A stretch of DNA of 64,000 bases from Gammaproteobacteria bacterium (GTDB lineage: Bacteria; Pseudomonadota; Gammaproteobacteria; Burkholderiales; Rhodocyclaceae): positions 20,512-84,511 of the forward strand of contig JARFTZ010000052.1 in the NCBI GenBank assembly GCA_029289235.1. The letters are read 5' to 3'. Shown here one piece after another: positions 18,139-30,865 of the stretch (within the stretch, counting starts at the first letter, position 1; every line of letters starts with the position of its first letter). The notes beneath the pieces are model-generated. The model ran no database searches. It was given only the letters and a program-made list of their open reading frames with translations, and had not been told where the DNA came from. The translations under genes were made by a program, and so were the position numbers.

Positions 18139-19466
18139 TGCTTGTTTTCCTCCGGAGGGGGCGTGCGGATGTAGATCGGCGCGGTGTGGTTTTCGCGGCG
18201 CGCGTAGTCCTGGATCTGCCGGATGAGCGAGGTGTCGAGAATGTAGTCGGAGGACAGCAGCAGCACGCCCTCGCGGCTTACCAGGTCGCGCGAAAGGACC
18301 ATGCCGACCTTGAGATCGGCGTGCGACACCGGCTTTTCGAGAACGATTTCCTTCTTCAGGCCGCCGAGCATTTCGATGAACGCGTCGACCAGCTGCGCGT
18401 CGTAGCGCTTGCCGCGCGACTGCACCAGCAGGGCCTGCGCCTCCTCGGGCGACATGCGTCGTTCGGCGAGCATGCCGTTTTGCAGGCTATCGTAATCATT
18501 GGCGATACTGATGATGCGCGCACCCAGAGGGATTCTTTCGCCTTCAAGCCCGTCCGGATAGCCTTGCCCGTCGAAGCGTTCATGGTGGGCGCGGACGATC
18601 TGTGCCGCCTGCTTCAACTCGTCCAGCGGCATCAGCGCCGCCGCGCCGGTGGCGGCGTGCTTGCGGTAGAACACCAGATCCTCGCCGCTCATCCGCGACA
18701 CCGGGCGGGCGAGCAGCGAATCGGTGAAGCCGATCTTGCCGATGTCGTGGAGCAGCGCGGCAAAGAAAATGTCCTGCTGCTCCCTGGGGTCGACGCCGAC
18801 GTGTTTCGCCAGTCGGCGCGCCAGGTCGGCGACCCGCCGCGAATGGCCGGCCATTGCCCCGGCGCGCAGCTCGATCAGGCCGGTGAACATCTTGATGGAG
18901 GTCAGGAAATTCTGTTTGAGACGTTCGTTCGCCAGGTTGAGGAAGTCGTTGATCTGCACGATCTCGGCGGTGCGCAGCCGGACTTTCTCCTCCAGGTTGG
19001 CGTTGAGGTCCTTGAGTTCCTCGTTCTGGGCTTGCGAGAGCGCGAGCAGGCGGGCGTTCTCGCGGGTCAGGCGTTGCCGTTCCAGCGCATCGCGGACGAT
19101 CAGCACCAGGTCGTCGTCGTTCCACGGTTTGGCGATGTAGCGGTAGATCTCGCCGCGATTGATCGCGTCGATCGTCGAGGTGACGTCGGAATAGCCGGTG
19201 AGCAACAGGCGCATCGTGTTCGGCCAGCGCGCCCGCACCTGTTCAAGAAAGCGCGCGCCGTCCATCTCCGGCATGCGCATGTCGGAAATCACCAGATCGA
19301 CCGGTTCGCGTTCGAGGATTTCCAGGCCGGCTTTTCCGCTCTCCGCGGTATGAATCGCGTAGCCGCTTTTCCGCAGCAGGCGGCGCAAGGCGGAGAGAAT
19401 GCTTGGTTCGTCATCGACAAGAAGAAGCGTGATTGTGGTTGCTCCCGCTTCGGTGCTTTCGTTCAT
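18135..19466 (-). CDS. REC-HD-GYP phosphodiesterase (RpfG-like)
   Basis: LVDDE...ISDMRMP...KPW receiver; LLHDIGKIG and HHERFDGQGYP; C-terminal GMVLSRDL segment. Confidence 0.92.
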   Translation of the reverse strand: MNESTEAGATTITLLLVDDEPSILSALRRLLRKSGYAIHTAESGKAGLEILEREPVDLVISDMRMPEMDGARFLEQVRARWPNTMRLLLTGYSDVTSTIDAINRGEIYRYIAKPWNDDDLVLIVRDALERQRLTRENARLLALSQAQNEELKDLNANLEEKVRLRTAEIVQINDFLNLANERLKQNFLTSIKMFTGLIELRAGAMAGHSRRVADLARRLAKHVGVDPREQQDIFFAALLHDIGKIGFTDSLLARPVSRMSGEDLVFYRKHAATGAAALMPLDELKQAAQIVRAHHERFDGQGYPDGLEGERIPLGARIISIANDYDSLQNGMLAERRMSPEEAQALLVQSRGKRYDAQLVDAFIEMLGGLKKEIVLEKPVSHADLKVGMVLSRDLVSREGVLLLSSDYILDTSLIRQIQDYARRENHTAPIYIRTPPPEENKQ

Positions 19467-19663
19467 CTCGCTGTCTCGGATGGTTTGGCCGTTCCTCGTA
19501 AGTATATGAGGAACCGATCAGGGATTCGAGTGCGCTCGCGCGTCCCGCCAGCGGAATACGGCGTTTTTGCCTCGAAGCTCGTGGCGGCGGAAATTACGGA
19601 TGAAAGCGACGGGTGTTCCTTGGCTATACTCGCACGATATCGGGAAGACGACGGAGCGCATTC

Positions 19664-22600
19664 GTGGGAAGAATCCTGGACAGGATCTGGAGTGTCTTGC
19701 TGCTTGTTCTGCTGGTGCTCGCGCCGGCCTGGGGGCAGGCGCGGACGATCCGGGTGGTCAGCGACGACAATTTCCCGCCCTACGTCTTCCGCGGCGACGA
19801 TGGCGAGGCGAAGGGCTATCTGGTCGATCTCTGGAAACTGTGGCAGGCGAAGACCGGTACTACCGTCGAATTGACCCTCACCCATTGGGCCGACGCGCAG
19901 AAGATGCTGCTCACGGGCCAGGCCGATATCATCGATGCCCTCTTCCGGACGCCGGCGCGCGAGGCGAGTTACGAGTTTTCGTTGCCTTATGTGCAGTTGC
20001 CGGTGGCGATCTTCGCGCACAAGTCGATCAGCGGGATCGAGGGGGTCGCTTCACTGCGCGGGTTCCAGGTCGGCGTACAGGACGGCGATGCCTGCATCGA
20101 GAAGCTGGAAGCGCACGGCATCCGCACCCTGGTCCGCTACCGGAACTACCGGGAAATGATCGCGGCGGCGCGGGCGCAACAGGTCCGCTTGTTCTGCATC
20201 GACGAATACCCCGGCAACTACTATCTCTATCGCGAACGTGCCGACGCGGAGTTCGTCAAGGCCTTCGAACTCTACCGGGGCGAGTTTCACCGGGCGTCGC
20301 GGAAGGGCGAGTCTGCGCTGCTGGCGGAAGTCGAGCAGGGCATGGCGCTGATCAGCGACGAGGAAAAGGCGCGGTTGCAGGAAAAATGGCTCGGCAGCCC
20401 GATTGGCCAGTTCCCCTACATGCGGGTGTTGATCATCGTCCTCGTGTCGGTCGTGGTGCTGGGGACGGCGATGTCGATCTGGGTCCGTGTCTTGCGGCGT
20501 GCCGTCCGGCGGAAGACGATCGCGCTCGAACGCGGAACGGCCAACCTGCAGACGCTGATCCAGAATATTCCGGATCTGGTGTGGGTCAAGAACTGCAACG
20601 GTGACTATATTTTCTGCAACGCGCCGTTTGGCCGCCTGATCGGTGCATCGCCCGCCAGCGTCGTCGGCAGGACTGACTTCGACTACTTCAGCCGGGAACA
20701 GGCGGCCTTCTTTCTGGAGAAGGATCGGCAGGCACTGGCCGCCGCGACGCCGAAGCGCAACGAGGAATGGCTGGTGTTCGCCGACGACGAAAGCAAGACG
20801 CCGCGCCTCTTCGAAACGACCAAGACCGCCGTCAAGGATTCCCGTGGCGAAGTGCTCGGCGTGCTCGGCATCGCCCGCGATATTACCGACCGGCATGCCG
20901 CCGAGCTGCTGCAGGAACGTGCAGCACGTTCACTGAAACTGCTCAGTGACAGCAACTACGTCCTGGCGAGTGCGGAGTCCGAGCCCGCGCTGCTCGACGG
21001 GGTTTGCCGGCTGATAGTCGATTCGGGGCGCTACGTGCTGGCGTGGATCGGCTTTGCCGGGCAGGACCCGGAAAAGCGCGTTGCCGTTGCGGCGCAATGG
21101 GGCGATGAGTGTGGCTATCTCGACGGGCTGGCGATTTCGTGGGACGAGGCGTCGCCTGCGGGGCTGGGACCGACCGGCCGGTGCATCCGCACCGGCGAGA
21201 CGCAGATCAACCCGGACTTCGGCGGCGCTCCCGAGATGTCGCCGTGGCGCGATTCGGCCAGCGTGCACGGCTTCCGTTCCAGCGTGGCGCTGCCGCTGGC
21301 TACCGCCGATCTGGGCGTGTTCGGGGCGTTGAACATCTATTCCAGCGAAGCCGAGGCGTTCGCCGCCGATGAAGTCGCCCTGCTCGGAGAGCTGGCGCAC
21401 AACCTCGCTTTCGGCATCGAGAAGCTGCGTGACCGGGAGCGACGCCTGGCCGCGGAGTCGGCTTCAGCGGCAAAAAGCGCCTTCGTGGCCAACATGAGCC
21501 ACGAAATCCGCACGCCGATCAATGCGATTCTCGGCATGCTGTATCTGACCCTGAAGAGCGATCTCACGGCGGCGCAGCGAAGCCACTTGATGAAAGCGCA
21601 GGGTGCGGCGCATCAGTTGCTGGGAATCGTCAACGACATCCTCGATTTCTCGAAGATCGAGGCTGGCAAGATCGCACTCGAATCGATCGAGTTCGGGCTG
21701 GATGGGGTGATCGAACAGCTGAGCGATGCGATTGCCTACCAGGCCGAGCAGAAGGGCATCGAATTCCTGGTGCGGCACGACGTTTCCATTCCGCCGGTGC
21801 TGATCGGCGACCCGCTGCGCCTGCGGCAGGTGCTGCTCAACCTGTGCAGCAACGCGGTGAAGTTCACCGAGGTGGGGCAGGTCGAACTGGCCTTCCACCG
21901 GGTGGAAATGCGCGACGACGATCTGGTGCTGACGATGCGCGTGGATGTGCGCGATTCTGGCGTCGGCATCGCGCCGGAAGCGCAGGCCGCGCTGTTCGAG
22001 AAGTTCACTCAGGCCGACGAGTCGATGACGCGGCGGTTCGGTGGCACCGGCCTTGGCCTGGCGATCAGCCACAACCTGGTGCATCTGATGGGAGGGAAAA
22101 TCTGGATCGAATCGTCCCGGCCTGGTGAAGGAACGACGATCTGCTTCACGGTCCAGTTGCGGGCGGCCCGGCACGCCCTCGCCGGGCGCGGCAGCCTGCT
22201 CGAACAGGCCGGCGCATTGCTCGAAGGGATTCGCGTTCTGGTCGTGGACGACAATGCTGTATCGCGTGAAATCCTCGGCGAGATGTTGCGGCACTTTCGC
22301 GTCGAGTTCGTGCTGGCGGGCGATGCGGCAAGCGCGCTGGTCGCGCTCGAGAAAGCCGGTGATCGGCCGTACGATCTCGTGCTGATGGATTGGCGGATGC
22401 CGGGCTTGAACGGCGATGAGGCCGCCCGGCGCATTCGCGAGAATCCGGCCATCGCGATGCAGCCGAAGATCGTCATGGTCAGTGCCTACGGGCGCGAGGA
22501 CGTCATGCACATGGCCGAGCGTGCCGGCGTCGATGGTTTCGTCGTCAAACCGGTTTCGCCGTCGTCGCTGCTCGACGGCATGCTCTCGGCGCTGGGGCGC

Positions 22601-23719
22601 GGGCGCATCCTGGGCGCCGGTGAAGACACGGCGGTCAGCGCTGTGCGCGAGGCGGGGAGCCAGCCGCTTGCCGGCCTGCGGGTCTTGCTGGTCGAGGATA
22701 ACGAAATCAACCGTGAGTTCGCCTGCGAGTTGCTCGGCAGCGAAGGGGTCCTGGTCGATGTGGCGTTCGACGGTCAGGCCGCGCTCGAACGCGTCCAGGC
22801 CGCCGACTACGACGCGGTGCTGATGGACATCCAGATGCCGGTGATGAACGGCCTCGACGCGGCGCGGCGAATCCGCGCGCTGGGAGCCGAAGCCGGAGGC
22901 GAGCGTTTCGCGGCCCTGCCGATCATCGCCATGACCGCGCTGGCGATGAACCACGACGTGGAGAACAGCCTTGCGGCGGGGATGAACGATCACGTGACCA
23001 AGCCGATCGATCCGGAACTTCTGATGGCCGTTCTGGCCAAGTGGATGCGTCCGCACGGCGATGCCGGGAGCGCGCCAGTCGCGGGGGAAACAACCGGTGT
23101 TGAACCGCTTCCCGAAATTGCCAGCGTCGACGTCCGCGAGGGCGTGCGCCGCATCGGCGGCAAGGTCGATGCCTATCTCCGTCAATTGCGGCGTTTCCGC
23201 GAGAACCACGCGGACGCGGTGAAAAAGCTGCGCGAACAGGTGGAGCGCAACGATCTGAGAGGCGCGGAAGAGACCTGTCACATCCTCAAGGGGGTCACCG
23301 GAAATCTCGGGGCCGTCGCGTTGTTCGACAAGGTGGCCGCGATTTACACCGCGCTCAAACGTGGCGAAGCGCTTCCGCCGGGGGATCTGGATGACCTGCA
23401 GGCGTTGCTGCTCGACGTGATGCAGGATATCGACCGGCTGGCATTGCGCATGGAACCGGCGGTCCGGCCGGGCGGCGCGCCGCTCAGTGCCCGTCAGTTG
23501 CACGATCGCCTGGAGAATCTGCGGCTGGTGCTGGACTATGATCTCGGTCAGGCCGAGCCGCTGCTGGCGGAATTGCGCAGCGGAAGCGGCGCGACGCCGT
23601 GGCGCGGCGACATTGCCGCACTGGCCGCCCGGGTGGACGTTTTCGATATCGACGGTGCGCGTGCCGTGTTGCAGAAACTGCAGGAAAAGCTCAAGCAAAC
23701 GAGGGGAGGGGATTCCTGA
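19664..23719 (+). CDS. Hybrid histidine kinase: periplasmic SBP-family-3 sensor-TM-PAS-GAF-HisKA-HATPase-REC-REC-HPt
   Basis: GTG 19664 after GGAG; signal peptide; SBP3 (DDNFPPYVF...GYLVDLW); PAS (IPDLVWVKN); GAF; FVANMSHEIRTPIN; two intact RECs; HPt CHILKGVTGNL. Confidence 0.92.
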   Translation: MGRILDRIWSVLLLVLLVLAPAWGQARTIRVVSDDNFPPYVFRGDDGEAKGYLVDLWKLWQAKTGTTVELTLTHWADAQKMLLTGQADIIDALFRTPAREASYEFSLPYVQLPVAIFAHKSISGIEGVASLRGFQVGVQDGDACIEKLEAHGIRTLVRYRNYREMIAAARAQQVRLFCIDEYPGNYYLYRERADAEFVKAFELYRGEFHRASRKGESALLAEVEQGMALISDEEKARLQEKWLGSPIGQFPYMRVLIIVLVSVVVLGTAMSIWVRVLRRAVRRKTIALERGTANLQTLIQNIPDLVWVKNCNGDYIFCNAPFGRLIGASPASVVGRTDFDYFSREQAAFFLEKDRQALAAATPKRNEEWLVFADDESKTPRLFETTKTAVKDSRGEVLGVLGIARDITDRHAAELLQERAARSLKLLSDSNYVLASAESEPALLDGVCRLIVDSGRYVLAWIGFAGQDPEKRVAVAAQWGDECGYLDGLAISWDEASPAGLGPTGRCIRTGETQINPDFGGAPEMSPWRDSASVHGFRSSVALPLATADLGVFGALNIYSSEAEAFAADEVALLGELAHNLAFGIEKLRDRERRLAAESASAAKSAFVANMSHEIRTPINAILGMLYLTLKSDLTAAQRSHLMKAQGAAHQLLGIVNDILDFSKIEAGKIALESIEFGLDGVIEQLSDAIAYQAEQKGIEFLVRHDVSIPPVLIGDPLRLRQVLLNLCSNAVKFTEVGQVELAFHRVEMRDDDLVLTMRVDVRDSGVGIAPEAQAALFEKFTQADESMTRRFGGTGLGLAISHNLVHLMGGKIWIESSRPGEGTTICFTVQLRAARHALAGRGSLLEQAGALLEGIRVLVVDDNAVSREILGEMLRHFRVEFVLAGDAASALVALEKAGDRPYDLVLMDWRMPGLNGDEAARRIRENPAIAMQPKIVMVSAYGREDVMHMAERAGVDGFVVKPVSPSSLLDGMLSALGRGRILGAGEDTAVSAVREAGSQPLAGLRVLLVEDNEINREFACELLGSEGVLVDVAFDGQAALERVQAADYDAVLMDIQMPVMNGLDAARRIRALGAEAGGERFAALPIIAMTALAMNHDVENSLAAGMNDHVTKPIDPELLMAVLAKWMRPHGDAGSAPVAGETTGVEPLPEIASVDVREGVRRIGGKVDAYLRQLRRFRENHADAVKKLREQVERNDLRGAEETCHILKGVTGNLGAVALFDKVAAIYTALKRGEALPPGDLDDLQALLLDVMQDIDRLALRMEPAVRPGGAPLSARQLHDRLENLRLVLDYDLGQAEPLLAELRSGSGATPWRGDIAALAARVDVFDIDGARAVLQKLQEKLKQTRGGDS

Positions 23720-26680
23720 ATGAACGGAGTGTTCGGAAAAAGCGCAGAACGCCCGCGCATCCTGGCAGTTGACGATGTCGCCGAGAACCTGCACGCGCTG
23801 GTTGCCGTCCTGCGCGACAACTATGCCATCGCCGCGGCGACGACGGGTGAGAAGGCACTGGAGTTGGCGCAGCGCCACCCGCAGCCGGACATCATCCTGC
23901 TGGACGTGAAGATGCCGGGCATGGACGGCTTCTCGGTGCTGTCGCATCTGAAGTCCAATCCGATCACCGCGGCGATTCCGGTCATTTTCGTCACGGCGCT
24001 GTCGGATGCGGTGGATGAAGCCCGCGGCCTTGAACTGGGCGTGTCGGACTACATCACCAAGCCGGTCAATCCCGAGCTGTTGCACATGCGCATCAAGACC
24101 CAGCTCGAACTGCGGAACCACCGGCGCAATCCGTTGCTATTCGACGCAACGCTGCCGATGGATCCGGAGCGCCGGCCGACGCTGCTGATCGTCGATGACA
24201 TCGCCGACAATGTTCATACCCTGCTTGGCGCCCTCAAGGATTCCTACAGCATTCGGGTGGCCAGTTCGGGTACGTCCGCCGTGGCCATGGTGAATGGCGA
24301 CGCGCCGCCGGATCTGGTCCTGCTCGACATCGTGATGCCGGGGATGGACGGTTATGAGGTTTGCCGCCAGATCAAGGCGTCGCCGGCCGGTAACAGGATT
24401 CCGGTGATTTTCGTTACCGTGGTGGACGCGGCGCCGGAAAAGGTGAAGGGATTCGAAGTCGGCGGCGCCGACTACATCACCAAACCGTTCGATATCGACG
24501 AGGTGCGGGCCCGTGTCCGCAACCAGCTGGAACTGGCGCGCCTGCGCAACGTGCTGGAGCAGCAGGTGGCGCAACGCAGCGCCTTGCTTGAAAAGAGCGA
24601 GGAAAAATACCACGTCCTCGCCGAATACTCGCCGAACTGGGAGTACTGGACCGCGCCGGACGGCACCTTTCTCTACGTCTCTCCGGCATGTACCGATGTT
24701 TCCGGCTATTCCGCCCAGGATTTCTTCGCCGATGCGGGGTTGATGGAAAAGATCATCCATCCGGACGATCTGGCGGCATGGAAGGCGCACGGTCCATCGG
24801 CGCGGCCGGTGGACCGGGTGCCGGTGATATTCCGCATTCGCACTCGCGACGGGCGGGAGCGCTGGCTCGAACACGTCTGCCGGCCGGTGAGCGATCAGGA
24901 CGGGCGCAGCCTCGGCCTGCGCGGATCGCATCGCGACATTTCCGAACGCCGTTATGTCGAGGAACGGCTCGACTTTTTCATCAACCGCGATCCTCTGACC
25001 GGCTTGTCGAACCGTTCGCTGTTCCGCGAGTTCCTGGCGTATGCGCTGCAGTCGGCGGAGGTCAATCGTTCCGGCTTTTCGCTGCTGTTCGTCGATCTCG
25101 ACAATTTCACCGCGATCAATGAAAGCTACGGCCATGGCGCCGGCGACCAGGTGCTGGTCGAAGCCGGCAAGCGCCTGCGCGCCGTCCTGCCGCAGGTCGA
25201 GGCGATCGCCCGGATCAGCGCGGACGAGTTCAACATCATCATCGAACCGGGACCGGAGGTGCCGCCGGTCGCTTTTGTCGCTCAGCGGATCATCGATGAG
25301 TTGTCGAAGCCCTTCATCGTCGACGGCAACCCGGTGTATGTCGGCGCCTGTGTCGGCATCGCGATGTTTCCGGACGATGGAACCGACGCCGAGGTGCTGC
25401 AGAGCAATGCCGAAGTGGCGCTGCATCAGGCGCAGGCGCGCGGGCGGGGAGAGCTGCAGTTCTTCTCGCCGGAAATGAGTCGGCATGCCAAGGACCGCCT
25501 GTCGCTCGACGCCGATTTGCGCCTCGCTGTCGAACGGGGCGAGTTGCTGTTGCATTACCAGCCGCAATCGGACCTCGTCAGCGGCAAGGTTGTCGGTGTC
25601 GAAGCGCTGGTGCGCTGGCAGCATCCGGTGCGGGGAATGATCTCGCCGGCCGAGTTCATTCCGCTGGCGGAAGAGAGCGGTTGCATCGTTGCCCTCGGCG
25701 AGTGGGTGCTGCGTGCGGCGTGCCGCCAGTTCAAGACCTGGCAGGACGCGGGCTGTTCGCTCAAGCACGTCGCGGTCAATGTCTCGACAACGCAACTCGG
25801 CCGCGGCCATTTCGTCGACACGGTGAAAATGGCACTGGACGAGTCGGGGATCGACGCGAAACAGCTCGAACTGGAAATCACCGAAAGCTGCCTCATGGAC
25901 GACCACGGGCAGTCGTTCAAGGAGATAAATGCGCTCAAGGCACTCGGCGTCCGCCTGTCGATCGACGACTTCGGTACCGGTTACTCGTCGATGGCCTACC
26001 TGCAGGAACTCAACGCCAACCAGTTGAAGATCGACCTGCGCTTCGTGCGCGACATCACCCGCAACAGCGCCAACGCGTCCATCGTCAAGGCAATCATTGC
26101 GCTGGGGCACAGCCTGGGACTGGAGGTGCTGGCCGAGGGCGTCGAGGACGCCGGGCAGGCGCGCTTCCTGCGGTCCCTTCACTGCGACGTGATGCAAGGC
26201 TACCTCTTGAGCAAGCCGCTTTCCGTTGACGACATGACCAGCTTCCTGCGTGGGTACGGGCCGATGCGCCTGCCCACCGAAGACGAGTCGCTGTCAACAA
26301 TCCTGCTGGTCGATGACGAGGCCAGTATCCTGGCCTCGCTGCGGCGTGTGCTGCGCGGAGAGAACTACCGCATCCTGACGGCGAACAGCGGCGAGGAGGC
26401 GCTGAAGCAGCTGGCGCTGCACCCGGTCGGCGTGGTCTTGAGCGACCAGCGCATGCCGGGCATGAGCGGCAGCGAGTTGCTGGCACAGGTCCGCGTGATG
26501 TATCCGAAAACGGTGCGCATGGTGCTCTCCGGCTACACCGGCCTGGACAGCCTGACCGAGGCGATCAACCGCGGCGAAATCTCGCGCTTCCTGACCAAGC
26601 CCTGGCAGAACGATGAACTGCTCGAAGCGGTGCGCGACGCCTTCCGGCGCTATGCCCAGGCGGTCGCCAGCGAAAGTTAG
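23720..26680 (+). CDS. REC-REC-PAS-GGDEF(degenerate)-EAL-REC c-di-GMP phosphodiesterase
   Basis: Three receivers with intact DD/D/T-S/K residues; PAS; GGDEF replaced by SADEF; EAL motifs intact ([34 protein letters not shown]). Starts immediately after the kinase stop. Confidence 0.92.
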   Translation: MNGVFGKSAERPRILAVDDVAENLHALVAVLRDNYAIAAATTGEKALELAQRHPQPDIILLDVKMPGMDGFSVLSHLKSNPITAAIPVIFVTALSDAVDEARGLELGVSDYITKPVNPELLHMRIKTQLELRNHRRNPLLFDATLPMDPERRPTLLIVDDIADNVHTLLGALKDSYSIRVASSGTSAVAMVNGDAPPDLVLLDIVMPGMDGYEVCRQIKASPAGNRIPVIFVTVVDAAPEKVKGFEVGGADYITKPFDIDEVRARVRNQLELARLRNVLEQQVAQRSALLEKSEEKYHVLAEYSPNWEYWTAPDGTFLYVSPACTDVSGYSAQDFFADAGLMEKIIHPDDLAAWKAHGPSARPVDRVPVIFRIRTRDGRERWLEHVCRPVSDQDGRSLGLRGSHRDISERRYVEERLDFFINRDPLTGLSNRSLFREFLAYALQSAEVNRSGFSLLFVDLDNFTAINESYGHGAGDQVLVEAGKRLRAVLPQVEAIARISADEFNIIIEPGPEVPPVAFVAQRIIDELSKPFIVDGNPVYVGACVGIAMFPDDGTDAEVLQSNAEVALHQAQARGRGELQFFSPEMSRHAKDRLSLDADLRLAVERGELLLHYQPQSDLVSGKVVGVEALVRWQHPVRGMISPAEFIPLAEESGCIVALGEWVLRAACRQFKTWQDAGCSLKHVAVNVSTTQLGRGHFVDTVKMALDESGIDAKQLELEITESCLMDDHGQSFKEINALKALGVRLSIDDFGTGYSSMAYLQELNANQLKIDLRFVRDITRNSANASIVKAIIALGHSLGLEVLAEGVEDAGQARFLRSLHCDVMQGYLLSKPLSVDDMTSFLRGYGPMRLPTEDESLSTILLVDDEASILASLRRVLRGENYRILTANSGEEALKQLALHPVGVVLSDQRMPGMSGSELLAQVRVMYPKTVRMVLSGYTGLDSLTEAINRGEISRFLTKPWQNDELLEAVRDAFRRYAQAVASES

Positions 26681-26728
26681 CGGTCCGTCGTGTCTCGATC
26701 GTTGCCGGGATGGTGCCTTTCTCTCCGA

Positions 26729-27112
26729 CTATTCCGCCGGCGAAGTTGTCAGTGCCCTGGCCTCGTTGCGCAGTCCGACGGCTTCGGCCTGTTCGAGAAA
26801 AACCCTGACCTGAACCGGATCGGCGGCGTTGAAAGCCCTGCAAGTACGCCCTTCGTCGCCGAGTTTCAACAGCGCCGTTCTGAGTTTCTCGCCGGGCATC
26901 CAGTCGCGTGACCACTCCAGGGCATGAACGCCGATGCTCCCGGCACGCTTGCCGGTGCCGATCAGTTCGAATCCGGCGAGGAATTCGAGGTCTTCGCCGC
27001 TGAGGCGGCATTCCACCTCGGCCCGGGCGATGATCTCGCTTTCGCTGGCGATGTCCACCGTCCAGGCGACGGGCTCGGCGGTGCCGAGCAGCAGGTAGTG
27101 ACGCGTGGTCAT
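26729..27112 (-). CDS. Hypothetical protein, 127 aa
   Basis: Strong RBS (AGAGGAG) before ATG 27112, 14 nt after the tex stop. No motif recognised. Confidence 0.7.
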   Translation of the reverse strand: MTTRHYLLLGTAEPVAWTVDIASESEIIARAEVECRLSGEDLEFLAGFELIGTGKRAGSIGVHALEWSRDWMPGEKLRTALLKLGDEGRTCRAFNAADPVQVRVFLEQAEAVGLRNEARALTTSPAE

Positions 27113-27126
27113 TATTCTCCTCTGCA

Positions 27127-29445
<2,319 letters not shown>

Positions 29446-29602
29446 CAGGGGTGCAGGTCTCGGAAAAAAGGGCGAACTATGCGCAATCGGGGCGGAAAAT
29501 TCAAGCGCACGCAGTCATGTGTGACGTCAGCCTTGCTTCGACCCGTGCCGATGGAGTTAAATGCCATCTGCTTGTCCATCCACACCTTGTCAGGGAGTGT
29601 TC

Positions 29603-30031
29603 ATGAAAATTGATATCGAGCGCCTGGGGTTGAAAGGCGTTGAGGTTGATCCGGAAACGCTTTTCGATTTTCCGAAGGGGCTGGCCGGTTTCGAGCACTG
29701 TCACCGCTTCAAGTTGTTTCACGAGGAAGGAAAGCCCACGCTGTTCTGGCTGCAATCCGTTGATGATTTCAAGGTCATGTTCCAGGTGGTGGCGCCGGAA
29801 CTGCTCGATCTCGAATACCAGATCGAACTCAGCGAGGAGGATTGCAAACTGCTGGAACTGGCGCAACCCGGGGAGGCCGCGGTGGTTGTGATCGTTTACG
29901 GTGACGAAGCCCAGGGCGGAAAGATCGCTGCGAATACGCGCTCGCCGCTCATCCTGAACCTGAATAGCCGTAGGGGGATGCAGAAAGTCCTGGCTGATTT
30001 CCAGCCGACGCTGGTTTTCCGCGGACGTTGA
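29603..30031 (+). CDS. fliW: Flagellar assembly factor FliW
   Basis: FDFPKGLAGFE, FWLQSVDD and ANTRSPLILN...GMQ motifs of FliW; RBS AGGGAG. Confidence 0.88.
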   Translation: MKIDIERLGLKGVEVDPETLFDFPKGLAGFEHCHRFKLFHEEGKPTLFWLQSVDDFKVMFQVVAPELLDLEYQIELSEEDCKLLELAQPGEAAVVVIVYGDEAQGGKIAANTRSPLILNLNSRRGMQKVLADFQPTLVFRGR

Positions 30032-30082
30032 GCCGTTGTCGACGCGGGTGAGGGCGCCGGCGACGCGCCCCGTCCGCAATTC

Positions 30083-30622
30083 TCAGTAAGACGACGCGGC
30101 GCGGGCGGCCTGATCGTAGCGGCCTGACAGGGCGCGCAGCAGTTGCGCCACTTCGCCGAAGCGCTGGTTTTCCTCTTCCTTCCCCGAGAACCCGGGCATC
30201 AGGCAGGATTCGCGCACCTCGCGGTAGCGTTCGCACAGTGCGGCGCCTTCCTTCGTGGCGCCCAGATAGACTTCCTTGCCGCGCTTGGTGCTGGCGACGA
30301 ATTTCATCCCGATCAGTTTCTTGACCGAATACGACACCACGTGGGTGTCCTCGATATTCAGCACGAAGCAGATGTCGGCCAGCCGCTTCTCGGTGCCGCG
30401 GTGGTTGATGTGGTGCATGACCAGTACATCGGTGGGGGTCAGATCCTTGGCGCCGGCGGCGGTCATGCAGCGGATCATCCAGCGGTTGAAGGCATTGGTG
30501 GCGATGATCAGGCCGAATTCGATCTCCGAGAGTTCAGGAGACTTGGGCGAGACGAGATGCGCAGAGGAGACGATGCGCTGTCTTTTCTGGCCCGGTTCGA
30601 GTTTTTTTGGGGTGAGATCCAT
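30083..30622 (-). CDS. MarR-like winged-helix transcriptional regulator
   Basis: SEIEFGLIIATNAFNRW...LADICFVLNIEDTHVVSYSVKKL...KRGKEVY wHTH; divergent from the TRAP operon. Confidence 0.85.
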   Translation of the reverse strand: MDLTPKKLEPGQKRQRIVSSAHLVSPKSPELSEIEFGLIIATNAFNRWMIRCMTAAGAKDLTPTDVLVMHHINHRGTEKRLADICFVLNIEDTHVVSYSVKKLIGMKFVASTKRGKEVYLGATKEGAALCERYREVRESCLMPGFSGKEEENQRFGEVAQLLRALSGRYDQAARAASSY

Positions 30623-30687
30623 GGTGGTTCCGTTACGGGGAGGGGGGTAAAAAGCGCGGGACGGCGAGGCATTATAAGAGTTTTAAA

Positions 30688-30716
30688 TTGACAATACATT
30701 GACGATTTATTAACGT
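30688..30716 (+). promoter_or_regulatory. Sigma70-like promoter for the TRAP-pxp operon
   Basis: TTGACA (30688-30693), a 17-nt spacer, then TAACGT (30711-30716). It overlaps an ATTGAC direct repeat that could be the regulator site. Confidence 0.6.
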
Positions 30717-30865
30717 TGAGGCCCCCGTGGTCTGGGATGAGTTCTGCTTTTGACCCACGGTATCTGAACTGCTTTGCGTGTCACCTGGTTTTGCGATCGG
30801 TTTGACTGTTGCCCCGGTCGGTCGCCGACTGGCCGGTTCTGGTTACCCTGGATATGGAGAACTCT

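Noticed and set aside
21464-24121. 885-aa minus-strand ORF, plus similar long ORFs such as 24137-26197, 27166-29613, 34414-36816 and 59232-61295
   Set aside because: These are shadow ORFs antisense to clearly motif-bearing genes, a common artefact in high-GC DNA. They have Arg/Gly/Ala-rich, motif-free translations.
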